From Octopus sinensis (Eukaryota), in the NCBI RefSeq assembly GCF_006345805.1, contig NC_043021.1:16740001-16804000 (forward strand): a DNA stretch of 64,000 nt, in the 5' to 3' direction. Numbering within the stretch: the first letter of the stretch is position 1; every line of letters starts with the position of its first letter. The notes under the pieces are model-generated. The model had not been told where the DNA came from and made no database searches. It worked only from the letters and a program-made list of their open reading frames with translations. Below, piece by piece: positions 40,196 to 51,954 of the stretch. A program made the position numbers and the translations under genes.

Positions 40196-40287
40196 AAACA
40201 AATATATATACGGGCAAACCTGTAAGTGTGTGTGTGTGTATATATATGCATGTGTTTATATACAGCTGAACCATAGGCCCATATAAT

Positions 40288-40502
40288 TTAACCCTTTAGT
40301 GTTCAGATTATTCTGTCAAACGTGATGTTTGTTTATATTGTTTTGAATTAATCATGTATTATCTTGTAGTTTAGAGATTGCAGTGGTGTGGTTTCTTTAG
40401 TTTTAGAATGACATGGTAGGACTGAGGTAAGAGGCAAGATCTGGTCAGTTTCAATATAAAACAGGTTAAATATTCTGGCCGGTTTGAATGCTAAAGGGTT
40501 AA
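40288..40502. mobile_element. M1 piggyBac-like MITE, full
   Basis: TTAACCCTTTAG...CTAAAGGGTTAA. Confidence 0.8.
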
Positions 40503-41215
40503 ATGAATATTTGTTGGGCACCATTGGTGATAGATACCTTGTTAAAACGAATTATGGTATATCCTGAGATGGTAGGGTCTGTTTATACATTCTGAGCTCA
40601 TAGTCCACTAGGGTCAACTTCGCCTTTCATCTTTAGGAGTTGATAAATTAAGTACCAGCTGAGCACAGGGGTGGGGGTGATGTAATTTACTTGCCCCCTT
40701 CCCCAATATTTTAGGCTTTGTTCTATGAAAGTAAAAATTATGGCATACCCTGTGGAATATGTATGTATCTTTTATTAATGACTTGGGACACCATATTTCA
40801 TTATGCAACCATGATATACTACAAAGAATAATTATCATCATCATCATTTAACGTCTCTTTTCTATGCTGGCATGGGTTGGACAGTTTGAAAACTGGTAAG
40901 CTGGAGAGCAGCACCAGGTTCCAGTCTGATTTGGTATGGTTTCTGCAACTGGATACCCTTTCCAACACCACCGACTCCAAGAGTGTAGTGGGTGCTTTTT
41001 ATGTGCCACCAGAATGGGTGCCAGTTACGAAACACTGGTATCAGCCACAACTACAATCTCACTTGGCTTCACAGGTCTTCTCAAGCATGGTATATAAGTC
41101 AATACTGTGACCTACTGTGTTAGCAGTGCTATTAAATCACTTTTTACGGTTATTTTTACAGATTTTCAATAGAAATTACAGCCAGCACTGATTTTATAAT
41201 CTTAACAAATATGTG

Positions 41216-41435
41216 TCTCACCCTCGGAACATTCCAGGAAGCCGATCATCCTCGGAACTTTCCAGGAAGTCTCTCATTCACGGAACTTTCCAGGAAGCCT
41301 CTCATCTTCAGAATTTTCCTGGAAGTCTCATACTCGGAACTTTCTGGGAAGTCTCGCATCCTCGGAACTTTCCAGGAAGTCTCTCATTCACAGAAGTTTC
41401 CAGGAAGTCACTCATCCACGGAGCTTTCCAGGAAA
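41216..41435. repeat. Minisatellite, 8 units of 26-28 bp (consensus tctctcatcctcggaactttccaggaag)
   Basis: Units were read directly from the sequence. Confidence 0.92.
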
Positions 41436-41634
41436 TAGTCCCTCTGCCTCCTTGATGGATTACTTCCTGGTACCTCAGGAATTTTGGTAAGATACAATGT
41501 ATTGGCAATGAACAAACAAAACAACTAGTTTATTCTGTGCTTTCATAATTCTGAGTACAAAATGCACATGCTCATGTCTATGTTTATGTATATGTGTGTG
41601 AGTGTGTAAGTATATATATAATATATATATATAA

Positions 41635-41838
41635 AGTTAATCCAAACATGAAAACACAACAACGCGAGGACGTGGAACAAATATAGTATTATTGGACGCT
41701 CAGGAAGGAAGGGAAGAAGGAGGGTTTTACGTTTCGAGCAGAGCTCTTCGTCAGAAACATAGGAAAAGGAAAGATCCAGAGAAGGGAAGATGGAAGGAAA
41801 AAAATCGCCAACGGTACACATGTGGTCACATTTTGAAT
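41635..41838 (-). mobile_element. Penelope-like element fragment (pseudo-LTR type) carrying a hammerhead motif
   Basis: Repeated at 42478-42684, and both copies abut (TA)n. The - strand contains CTGACGA..GAAACGT. Confidence 0.65.
41724..41758 (-). ncRNA. Candidate minimal type I hammerhead ribozyme
   Basis: GUUU-CUGACGA-A-GAGC(UCU)GCUC-GAAA-CGUA-AAAC: 4-bp stem I, intact core, palindromic ACGU in place of stem III. Confidence 0.6.
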
Positions 41839-42477
41839 GCAGAGTAAATTCGTCGCAGTGGCGCGTGAGAGGCGTGAAGTGGAGTCCCCTATTGAGGATA
41901 TATATATAGTATGTCATCGTCGTCGTCATTTAATGTCCATTTTCTATGATTGCATGGGTTGGCTGGTTAGTCAGAACACTGCACCAAACTCTTCTGGTTA
42001 TTTAGGCATGGTTACATTTATGTAAATATAAATGTATACATATAAATATACATACATGTGTGTAGGTATATGTATGCATATGTGCGTGTATATATATATA
42101 TATATATACACACCCACATAGACTCATGCACACACACATGCATTCATATCATTCTCACCTGTAAAGAATCTCTTAATGAAAGGTGTTGTTGTTGCTGTTT
42201 TAATGATACAATTACCAATTTTAAATCTCGTCTACGTAAATGTGATTATCACTCCCTCTCTACTATCGTATTATATTCTACTCTTCAAATTTCCATTAGC
42301 AGCAGCCGGTATATTAATAATATACATGTGAATGTATACACACACTCATACACGCACACGTATGTATGTATGTATAGATGTATTTATATGTGTGTATATA
42401 TATATGTGTGTGTACATATATACATATATATATCCACATACACACACACAGACATACACACACATATATATATATAT

Positions 42478-42684
42478 AGTTAATCTAAACATGAAAACAC
42501 AAAGAGAAAGCACAACAACGCGAGGACGTAGAACAAATATAGTATTATTGGACGCTCAGGAAAGAAGCGAAGAAGGAGGGTTTAATGTTTCGAGCGGAGC
42601 TCTTCGTTGGAAACATAGGAGAAGGAAAGATCCAGAGAAGGGAAGACAGAAGAAAAAATATCGCCAACGGTACATGCGCGGTCA
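42478..42684 (-). mobile_element. Second copy of the same Penelope-like fragment (hammerhead core mutated)
   Basis: High similarity to 41635-41838. The core reads CCAACGA..GAAACAT. Confidence 0.62.
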
Positions 42685-43474
42685 TGTACATACATACATG
42701 CTAGGTTTTGAAACAGCTGCTTGACCATTCTGATGCCAGTGTGATATACCTTGACTTTGCAAAAGCATTTGATAAGGTAGATCATGGCATGATAAGCCAT
42801 AAGCTACAAGACCTTGGCATCGCTGGTAAACTGGGAAAGTGGCTGCATGACTTCCTTAAAAACAGTCAGGTAGTTGCAGCCAATGGTTTCCTTTCTGAGG
42901 AAACTCAAATCTTAAGTGGTGTCCCATAGGGAACTGTTCTGGGGCTATTACTGTTCATAATAGCCCTCTTAGATATGCCCACAGTCACTCGGACAGCCAC
43001 TGTCACTAGCTATAAATCTTTAAATCCTTAAAAATGTTTTAGCCCGAAGGCTGCGGCCATGCTGGGGCACCACCACTGATAGAAAAAGTCAGCAGAAGTT
43101 TGCCATTACCTTCTGCTGGAGCTTAGGTGTTTCGCTCATAATCACACTCATCACCCAGTGTGAGATTTGAACCCGTGATCCCTTGACTGCGAGTCCTCTG
43201 CTCTAACCACTAGGCCATGGATGCAAAATATCACAGGCAATAAAAAACGAAGATGATGTCACAAGCTTAGAGTGGGACCTAAATTCAATATACAAATGGG
43301 CCAAAATAAACAATATGCAGTTTAATGCTGGAAAATTTCAAGTACTGCACTATCAACTCATGAATGCAATACAATCTAAATATATAGGATCCAAAGGTAC
43401 TACAATCCCAGAGTCACAGACAGTGAAAGACTTGGGGATCAGTATGTGCAATGACGCATCATTTTATAAGCACA

Positions 43475-43858
43475 CTAGCAGTATCGCCCGGCGTTGCTCA
43501 GGTTTGTAAGGGAAATAACTATAAAGCATTTTTAGAGAGTTATAGCCAAAAAATAGCAAAAAAATGGAAAAAAAATGATGGTAAATTTTTTTTGAGAGTT
43601 AAAAAGGTGGAGTTGCGTCCCCTAGACGGTCTGTGGTTTGGGTTTCTGATTTTCGACCCCATGTCGAATTTATCGATTTTTTTCAGAACTGGGGGAACTT
43701 TTCAAAATTTTCGCTGCGTTAGTTTTGAATTATGATATTGGGCTATGTGTGTGTCAAGTTTCATCAGAATCGGTTGAAAGCCGTGGTCAGGGTGAGGGTA
43801 CAAGCAAACAGACACACAGAAACACGCACAGACAAACTGCCGTTTATATAGAGAGAGA
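43475..43858 (-). mobile_element. Non-autonomous Helitron (H1-type 3' end, different 5' part) inserted in a LINE
   Basis: A|T insertion with TC...CTAG termini. Removing it restores the LINE frame (cac att agc gag atg). Confidence 0.9.
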
Positions 43859-44140
43859 TTAGCGAGATGGTAGCAAAGTGTAGACAACTGGTAAGATGGA
43901 TACTGAGGTCCTTCGAGACAAGAGAGCAAGAAACTATGTTGACCCTGCGGAGAACTTTTGTTCTCAGCCGCCTGGACTACTGCTCCCAGTTATGGTCCCT
44001 ACAGAGTTTGAAGCACTCCAATCCCATTACACTAAAAGAAATTGAAACAGTGCAGTGGATGAGCTACAGGGATAGGCTGAGAAAACTACAGCTTCACTCC
44101 CTGGAGCGAAGGCATGAGAGATATGCAATAATAGACATAT

Positions 44141-44303
44141 AGGCACAGGAGTGGCTGTGTGGTAAGTAGCTTGCTTACCAGCCACATGGTTCAGGGTTCA
44201 GTCCCACTGCGTGGCACCTTGGGCAAATGTCATCTGCTATAGCCTCGGGCCGACCAAAGGCTTGTGAGTGGATTTGGTAGACGGAAACTGAAAGAAGCCT
44301 GTC

Positions 44304-44336
<33 letters not shown>

Positions 44337-44551
44337 CGTGTATGTTCGTGTGTCTGTGTTTGTCCCCCTAGCATTGCTTGACAAACGATGCTGGTGTGTT
44401 TATGTCCCCGTCACTTAGCGGTTCGGCAAAAGAGACTGATAGAATAAGTACTGGGCTTACAAAGAATAAGTCCCGGGATCGAGTTGCTCGATTAAAGGCG
44501 GTGCTCCAGCATGGCCACAGTCAAATGACTGAAACAAGTAAAAGAGTAAAA
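44141..44551 (+). mobile_element. SINE family A copy inserted in a CR1-like LINE
   Basis: Full consensus match. It interrupts the LINE peptide between RYAIIDI and WKILEG. Confidence 0.88.
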
Positions 44552-44847
44552 GAGTATATGGAAAATCCTAGAAGGGCTATACAAATTCCAGAACTGGCCA
44601 CCATCTGAATTCAGGACCAGGTACTGCAATAGTTTAGGGTTTAAAGGCTCACAGTCCTTCAATGCCCTGCCACAAAAATTAAGAAATTTGCATAAGGTGG
44701 AAGTAGATGTCTTCAAAAAAGGAACTAAACATCCTCCTCTCCTCTCCACAATATTGGATGAACCAACAGCCCGACATGAGGTACAGACGGGGGCAGCGGA
44801 ATGTAACTCCCTTATACACAAAATGTACCAACAGCTGGGACAGAAGC

Positions 44848-44882
<35 letters not shown>

Positions 44883-44913
44883 TTTATATATATATATATA
44901 TATATATGTGTAT

Positions 44914-44946
<33 letters not shown>

Positions 44947-45500
44947 TATATATACATACATATATATGTATGTATATATATATATATATATATATATACA
45001 TACATATATATGTATGTATAAATTCAGGGTGAATACTTGATAACTGTAAGCACCTGTATATGCCAGTTAGTGGTGTAGGTGATAGGATATATTTATCAAA
45101 AGAAAAACAGGATGCAAAGGACTTAGCGGTACATATGTTTCTGGCTTTATTGAACAATTTATATCAATGCATAATTGATATAACACGTAGGTCAACAGCC
45201 TTCTTCAGCCGCGTACAATTACCACACCAAAGACAGACATGTATTACATTATAGCAGGTTTGAGAAAAAGTTTGGGAAAAAAACGAGTTTCATTGGGAAG
45301 GTAAATCCTCATAGGCGTATAGTGGGATACCATAGATGAACAACAATTGATGCAAAACAATAAATAACTGATGCAAGCATTCATAGGCAGACGCATGTAT
45401 GCACCCACACAAATATATAGCATAAATTTTAAAAAAAAAAACAAGGGAGACCACTCTGCAGCTATAAGCTAAGTAACTCCGAATTACCTCCCTTGTTCAA

Positions 45501-45678
45501 ATGTTTACCAAAATGTCCTCCGGTTTGGCTGCTCGACGTGTTTGTCGACGGTTATTTTTATTAAACCGTCAGTGTTTAACTACTTTACAACACAGGAATT
45601 TATCCGAGGAACCTAGGACTGAACAGCAAACACATTTTGGTTTTCAGTCTATTCCAGAAAGCGAGAAAGAGAGTAAAG
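45501..45678 (+). CDS. COQ5: COQ5 exon 1 (mitochondrial targeting peptide + THFGF motif)
   Basis: Arg-rich, acid-free N-terminus followed by QTHFGFQSIPESEKESK, then a GT donor at 45679. A second in-frame ATG at 45513 (aaaATG) is an alternative start. Confidence 0.92.
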
Positions 45679-46329
45679 GTATTTATATTGAGCCTAACCA
45701 TTGTTCCGTCACCCAATAATATGAAATATACGGGAAAGATGAAATGACCTTCTGCTTTTGAAGTTGAAACCACGAAGAATCGACGGAAATGATAGTTTTC
45801 TATTTAGGTTATAAGACCAGCAGGTTATGAGTGGAAGAGGGTTCGTCGATATCTTCAATATCAGTACTCCTTCCGACCCCGGAAGGGTGAAAGGCACATA
45901 TGACCTAGGCGGGATTTGAACTCAGAAATTAGATAATATGCAGCTAAGCAACTGATGCGTCGAACAAAATGCTTACCAGCATATCTTACAGATGTTTAGA
46001 AATTTGTTAAATTTCTTCCCACCACGTCAAAATTCAACCATATTTTAAAATAATCCAGATAAATATTTTTTTAAAAACTTCAACAAAATATGGGGAGACA
46101 CACACACACACACACAGATATATACATACAACAGCTTCTTTCAGTTTCCGTCTTCCAAATCCGCTCACAAGGCTTTAGTCAGCCCAAGGCTATAGTAGAA
46201 GACACTTGTCCAAAATGCCACGTAGTGGGAGTGAACCCAGAACCATGTGGTTGGGAAGCAAGCTTCTTACCATACAGCCACGCCTATGTGGTCACTTGCA
46301 CGCACACTTTGCTATGAATATGTGTATGT

Positions 46330-46574
46330 ACTTAGAGGTGTTGAAGGGTGCTGACATCCTGGGCATTGAGGCGATAATGTAGAAGCCCTGTTTAAGTTGG
46401 ACTGGAGACTTTATTTGGATAAACTATCAGAGGCGCAGGAGTGGCTGTGTGGTGGGTTCAGTCCCGCTGCGTGGCATCTTGGGCAAGTGTCTTCTGCTAT
46501 AGCCCCGGGCCGACCAATGCCTTGTGAGTGGATTTGGTAGACGGAAACTGAAAGAAGCCTGTCGTATATATGTA

Positions 46575-46615
<41 letters not shown>

Positions 46616-47420
46616 GTGTGTTTGTGTTTGTCCCCCTAGCATTGCTTGACAACCGATGCTGGTGTGTTTACGTCCCCGTCACTTAGCGGTTCGGCAAAAG
46701 AGACCGATAGAATAAGTACTGGGCTTACAAAAGAATAAGTCCCGGGGTCGATTTGCTCGACTAAAGGCAGTACTCCAGCATGGCCGCAGTCAAATGACTG
46801 AAACAAGTAAAAGAGTAAAGAGTAGAGAGGATCCCCAAGCAGATGCGATATGGTGAACTGGTTTCTGGAAAACATCCCCACCAGAAACCAAGACTATGAT
46901 TTAGGGACTATGCAAAATCCTTGTTGAAGGCTTGTGAAATATGGAAGATCAATTGGGAAAGCAACGTTTCTCTGAACCTGGAACCATGTGGTTGTGAAGC
47001 AAGCTTCTTACCACACAGCCAAGCCTGCACCCACCCACCCACCCACACACACACACAAAAATGGGACAAGAACACAAAACATCCAGACAGATGGTACAAA
47101 GGAAACGAGGACAGGTCATTTGGAGTTTTCTATCCTCAGTCGAGTTCCAGATTATCTTTGCAATTTTGGCTGTTTATAATCGAGGTTGCTCCAATCTGGC
47201 CAACCCCAAGGTAAAACTACGCTAAGGTAAAACTACACTAAGAGCATTTGATTCCTTGGAAGAAAGCAGTGAATGTATACGAAATGCAAAATCCTTGTTG
47301 AAGGCTTGTGAAATATGGAAGATCAGTTGGGAAAGCAATGCTTCTCTTTGCTACCACTGGATGAAACAAGTTCTGGAAAGAAGGAATTTTTTCAAAAAAA
47401 AGATACATTTTTTATGCAGA
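46330..47420 (+). mobile_element. Decayed RTE LINE 3' fragment in COQ5 intron 1, with SINE insertions and a partial duplication
   Basis: EVLKGADILGIEA...|RIPKQMRYGELVSGK...KSLLKACEIWKINWES. The KSLLKACEIWK segment occurs twice (about 46910 and 47285). Confidence 0.6.
46432..46822 (+). mobile_element. SINE family A copy in COQ5 intron 1, inside an RTE fragment
   Basis: Consensus match. An opposite-strand partial copy lies at about 46110-46285. Confidence 0.88.
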
Positions 47421-47528
47421 AATTAAGTCAGTAGCTCAAAAATACATCATCGATGTAGTGAATGGGAAAAGCTTGTTCTGTGATATCTATAGATGATTTG
47501 ATGATGATGATGATGATGATCTCACTAG

Positions 47529-47879
<351 letters not shown>

Positions 47880-48288
47880 TGAATGGTTTTAGTCCGACAA
47901 ATTGATCCCAGTACTGATAGGTCAAGGCTGATCTGGAACCCAACCTAGGCCCCCATGTCTATGGTGTTTGCCGGTGGAATAAGAACTGGTTGGAGATCAC
48001 GCGGTCGTTAGCCTCAAATCGCCAGGTCTGGTCGGCGTTTGTGAGAGATGCAGCATTGAGGATGAATGAAGCCAGCTCAACCCACCCCGGGTGAATGCTA
48101 TCTCAAGACAAGAAGAAGAAGCATGGAAAATGAACAATAAATGATGATGATGATGATGATTTCCATTAAATAAATTTGGTATTATACCAGGGGGCCAGAT
48201 GACATTTTTTCTGTTTGTATATAATTTTCAATTTTTATTTCATTTCATATTTTTCTAACTGTTTTTGTTTTGTTTCTTTTACTTGCAG

Positions 48289-48522
48289 GTGACATTGCAT
48301 ATAGATTTCTTAATTATGTCAAACACTTACGAGCAGATCTGCCTAACGATGCTGAAGATTTCGATCAACTAATTAAGGATGAGTTTGTCACCATCAGTAG
48401 CTCACCTGAAGTTGAAAATGATGCTGCTGTGGGGGCATCTGCCCAAGTGACTGTTTGTGATATCAACCAGTCGATGCTGGACGTTGGTCAGAAACGATGC
48501 GAGGAGTTAGGGTATGACCCAG
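48289..48522 (+). CDS. COQ5: COQ5 exon 3 (DIAYRFLNYV...VTVCDINQSMLDVG)
   Basis: ttgcag acceptor and gtgggt donor, 234 nt. Contains the conserved GDIA.RF and V.DIN..ML motifs. Confidence 0.96.
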
Positions 48523-48659
48523 GTGGGTTTTTTTCTTTAATAAAAGTGTGTGTGAGTTTGTATTTTATGCCAATATTGACCTAATGTGTCACTTCGGGAC
48601 CCACAAAAATAAAACTGCTTATCTGGTCAGCTGAGAGACATTGAAGGACGAATTTCCTC

Positions 48660-48691
<32 letters not shown>

Positions 48692-49380
48692 TGTGTGTGT
48701 GTTTGTGTGTGTGTGTTTGTGTGTTTGTGTGTGTGTGTGTTTGTGAATGTGTGTAAGAGAGTAAGCAAAAACAAGGCACTGAGACAAAAGCGTTTGAGAA
48801 CCAATGTTGTAGATACTATCGCTGGAGTTATGGAAAAAGCCCCCAGTGCACTCTGTAAAGTGGTTGGCATTAGGAAGGGCATCCAGCTGTAGAAACCCTG
48901 TCAAAATAGACAATACAAGCCCAGGGCAGATCTTCAGCTGGTCATCATCATCATCATCATCGTCTAGCGTCCGCTTTCCATGCTGGCATGGTTTGGACGG
49001 TTCAACTGGGGTCTGGGAAGCCAGAGGGCTGCACCAGGCCTAGTCTGATCTGGTATGCTCTTCCTAACGCCAACCACTCCATGAGTGTAGTGGGTGCTTT
49101 TTACGTGCCACCTGCACTGGTCAGTTCCTGTCAAACCATCCAACCCATACCAGCATGGAAAACAGACGTTAAATGATGATGATGGCAATATATGTTTACT
49201 GGCCTGGCACTTCACCTGTAGTTGGACTGGGAATCTGAGCTCTGTTGTATCATGCATAATGGTAGAGGTCAACAGAGAAAACAAAGAACAAGACAAAATT
49301 GCCACAAGGCATCTTACCTGATCCCCTAATAAATCTGCTCCCGCCTCTAATTTCTTTTTCTTCTTTTTTGTCTTCTGCAG

Positions 49381-49490
49381 CTTCCATTAAGTGGGTGCAG
49401 GGCAATGCAGAATCCCTCCCGTTGGAGGACAACCAGTTTGACGCCTACACCATTGCCTTTGGGATTCGCAACGTGACTCACATAGACAAG
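49381..49490 (+). CDS. COQ5: COQ5 exon 4 ([36 protein letters not shown])
   Basis: Conserved [18 protein letters not shown] motif. ctgcag acceptor, gtacgt donor, 110 nt. Confidence 0.97.
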
Positions 49491-49873
49491 GTACGTGTCC
49501 AACCAACGAACATTCTGGATTTGACTTAGAACCATGTGGCTGCAACTACAGGTGAAGTGCCAGGCCAGTAAACATATACTATTGCTGGAGTTATGGAAAA
49601 AGCCCCCAGTGCACTCTGTAAAGTGGTTGGCATTAGGAAGGGCATCCAGCTGTAGAAACCCTATCATACATATACATAGCAATAGTATATGTTTACTGGC
49701 CTGGCACTTCACCTGTAGTTGCAGCCACATGGTTCTAAGTTCAATCCCATTGTGTAGCACCTTGGACAAATGCTTTCTGGCCCCTCCTTAATCACTATCT
49801 CCTCAGTCCTTCCTTCCAAGAACATCTGGTATTCCCTTTCAGCTCATGTCTTTACAAAGGATCAACTGCAGCA

Positions 49874-50356
49874 TTAACCCTTTACCTATTTCTTTACTAC
49901 CCACAAGGGGCTAAACACAGAGGGGACAAACAAACGTATTAAGTCGATTACATCGACTCTAGTGCGTAACTGGTACTTATTTAATCAACCCCGAAAGGAT
50001 GAAAGGCAAAGTCGACCTTGGCGGAATTTGAACTCAGAACGTAACGGCAGACGAAATACGACTACGCATTTCGCCCGGTGTGCTAACGTTTCTGCCAGCT
50101 CACCACCTTTAACCCTTTACCTATTTCTTTACTACCCACAAGGGGCTAAACACAGAGGGGACAAACAAACGTATTAAGTCGATTACATCGACCCTAGTGC
50201 GTAACTGGTACTTATTTAATCAATCCCGAAAGGATGAAAGGCAAAGTCGACCTTGGCGGAATTTGAATTCAGAACGTAACGGCAGACGAAATACGACTAC
50301 GCATTTCGCCCGGCGTGCCAACGTTTCTGCCAGCTCGCCGCCTTTAACCCTTTACC
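49874..50356 (-). mobile_element. Tandem dimer of SINE family B (period 235 bp) in COQ5 intron 4
   Basis: ttaaccctttacc recurs at 49874, 50109 and 50344, with a family B copy between each pair. Confidence 0.88.
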
Positions 50357-51479
50357 GTTCAGATTACTCCTATCTCATGTAATGCTTATTAATCCACATT
50401 GTATTGCATTAATCATGCATCATCTCGTAGCTTTGAGATTTCAATGATGTGATGGTCTATTTTCAGAATGACATTATAAGACCGGTTTGGGAAGCCGGAC
50501 ATGACCATTATGAACATAATACAAGATAGAATATGGAGACGGCTGGTTTAAATTCTAAAGGGTCAATGGTATCAATCTCATTGGTCTAGAAGGGCCCTCA
50601 AAGGCCTTGGGCAATACCCTTTCCTCTGGATCCAGCAACTAAAACAAAGGATTGGTGATGACCTTCTGTATTTGAAGTTGAAACCACGAAGAATCGACGG
50701 AAATGATAGTTTTCTATTTAGGGTATAAGGCCAGCAGGTTATGAGTGGAAGAGGGTTTGTCGATATACTCAATATCAGTACTCCTTCCGACCCCGGAAGG
50801 GTGAAAGGCACATATGACCTAGGCGGGATTTGAACTCAGAAATTAGATAATATGCAGCTAAGCAACTGATGCGTCGAACAAAATGCTTACCAGCATTTAA
50901 ATGTTAAATTTCTTCCCACCACGTCAAAATTCAACCATATTTTTAAATAATCCAGATATCAATCTCATTGGTCTCGAAGGTCCCTCAAAGGCCTTGGACA
51001 ATACCCTTTCCTCTGGACCCAGCAACAAAAACAAAGGATTGGTGATGACTGACTGACTGACTTAAATAACAATAGCAACAACAATAAGGATGTGTGTGTC
51101 TTTACATGTATATATGTGAGTGTGTGTATAAGGTACTTGGTGACCCTGTTGGTGATGGTGCCATGTAAAAAGCACCTAGTACATTCTGTAAAGTGGCTGA
51201 CATTAGCAGGGAGGCATCTAGTTGTAGAAACCTTGCCAAAACAGACGACTGTGCCGGGTGCTGCTTCTGGCCTTGCCAGCTTCTGTGAAACTATCCATCC
51301 CATGTCAGTGTGAAAAAGAGACATTAAATGACGATGTGTGTGTTGTGTGTTTATATGCTTATATATATATATGGGGTGGGGCTCACAGGACAGCCTGCTG
51401 TGCTAACCTTGGATTGTAGGGTGACCCGCTGTGCTTGAGGAGACCTATTTAGTCAAGTACGTCAACATCAACATCAAAA

Positions 51480-51830
51480 TAAAAATCAAATGGAAATTGT
51501 AGTTATGATACCTGTGCTGGTGGCACGTAAAAAGCACCATGCAAATGTGGCTGATGCCAGCGCCGCCTGACTGGTGTCCATGTCGGTGACACGTAAAAAG
51601 CACCAACTGACTGTGGCCGTTTGCCAGCCTCCTCTGGCCCCTGTGCCGGTGGCACTTAAAAAGCACCCACTACATTCTTGGAGTGGTTGGCGTTAGGAAG
51701 GGCATCCAGCTGTAGAAACACTGCCAGATCAGACTGGAGCCTGTCGCAGCCTCCTGGCTTCCCAGACCCCGGTCGAACCATCCAACCCATGCTAGCATGG
51801 AAAACGGGCGTTAAAGATTGATGATGATGT
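51480..51830 (+). mobile_element. Repeat family C copy, COQ5 intron 4
   Basis: Consensus match with a (GAT)n tail. Confidence 0.75.
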
Positions 51831-51954
51831 TGTTGTTGTTGGTGGTGGTGGTGTGTGTTTATACCTTTTAGCCTGTCTCCTTTATTCTTTAGTCATCATA
51901 TTCTGATTTCCCTTTCCATGACTTATTGTTGTTGTTTTAAATTCTTAATTCCAG

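Larger units (their letters stand above)
42700..44830 (+). mobile_element. Decayed CR1/Jockey-group LINE RT, broken by three nested insertions
   Basis: IYLDFAKAFDKVDH, SGVP*GTVLGLLLF, W...[55 protein letters not shown]. Insertions are at about 43014-43225 (SINE pieces), 43475-43858 (Helitron) and 44141-44551 (SINE). Confidence 0.92.

Noticed and set aside
41216-41435. Possible CRISPR array (about 28-bp repeats)
   Set aside because: The units are contiguous with no unique spacers, there are no cas genes, and the DNA is eukaryotic.
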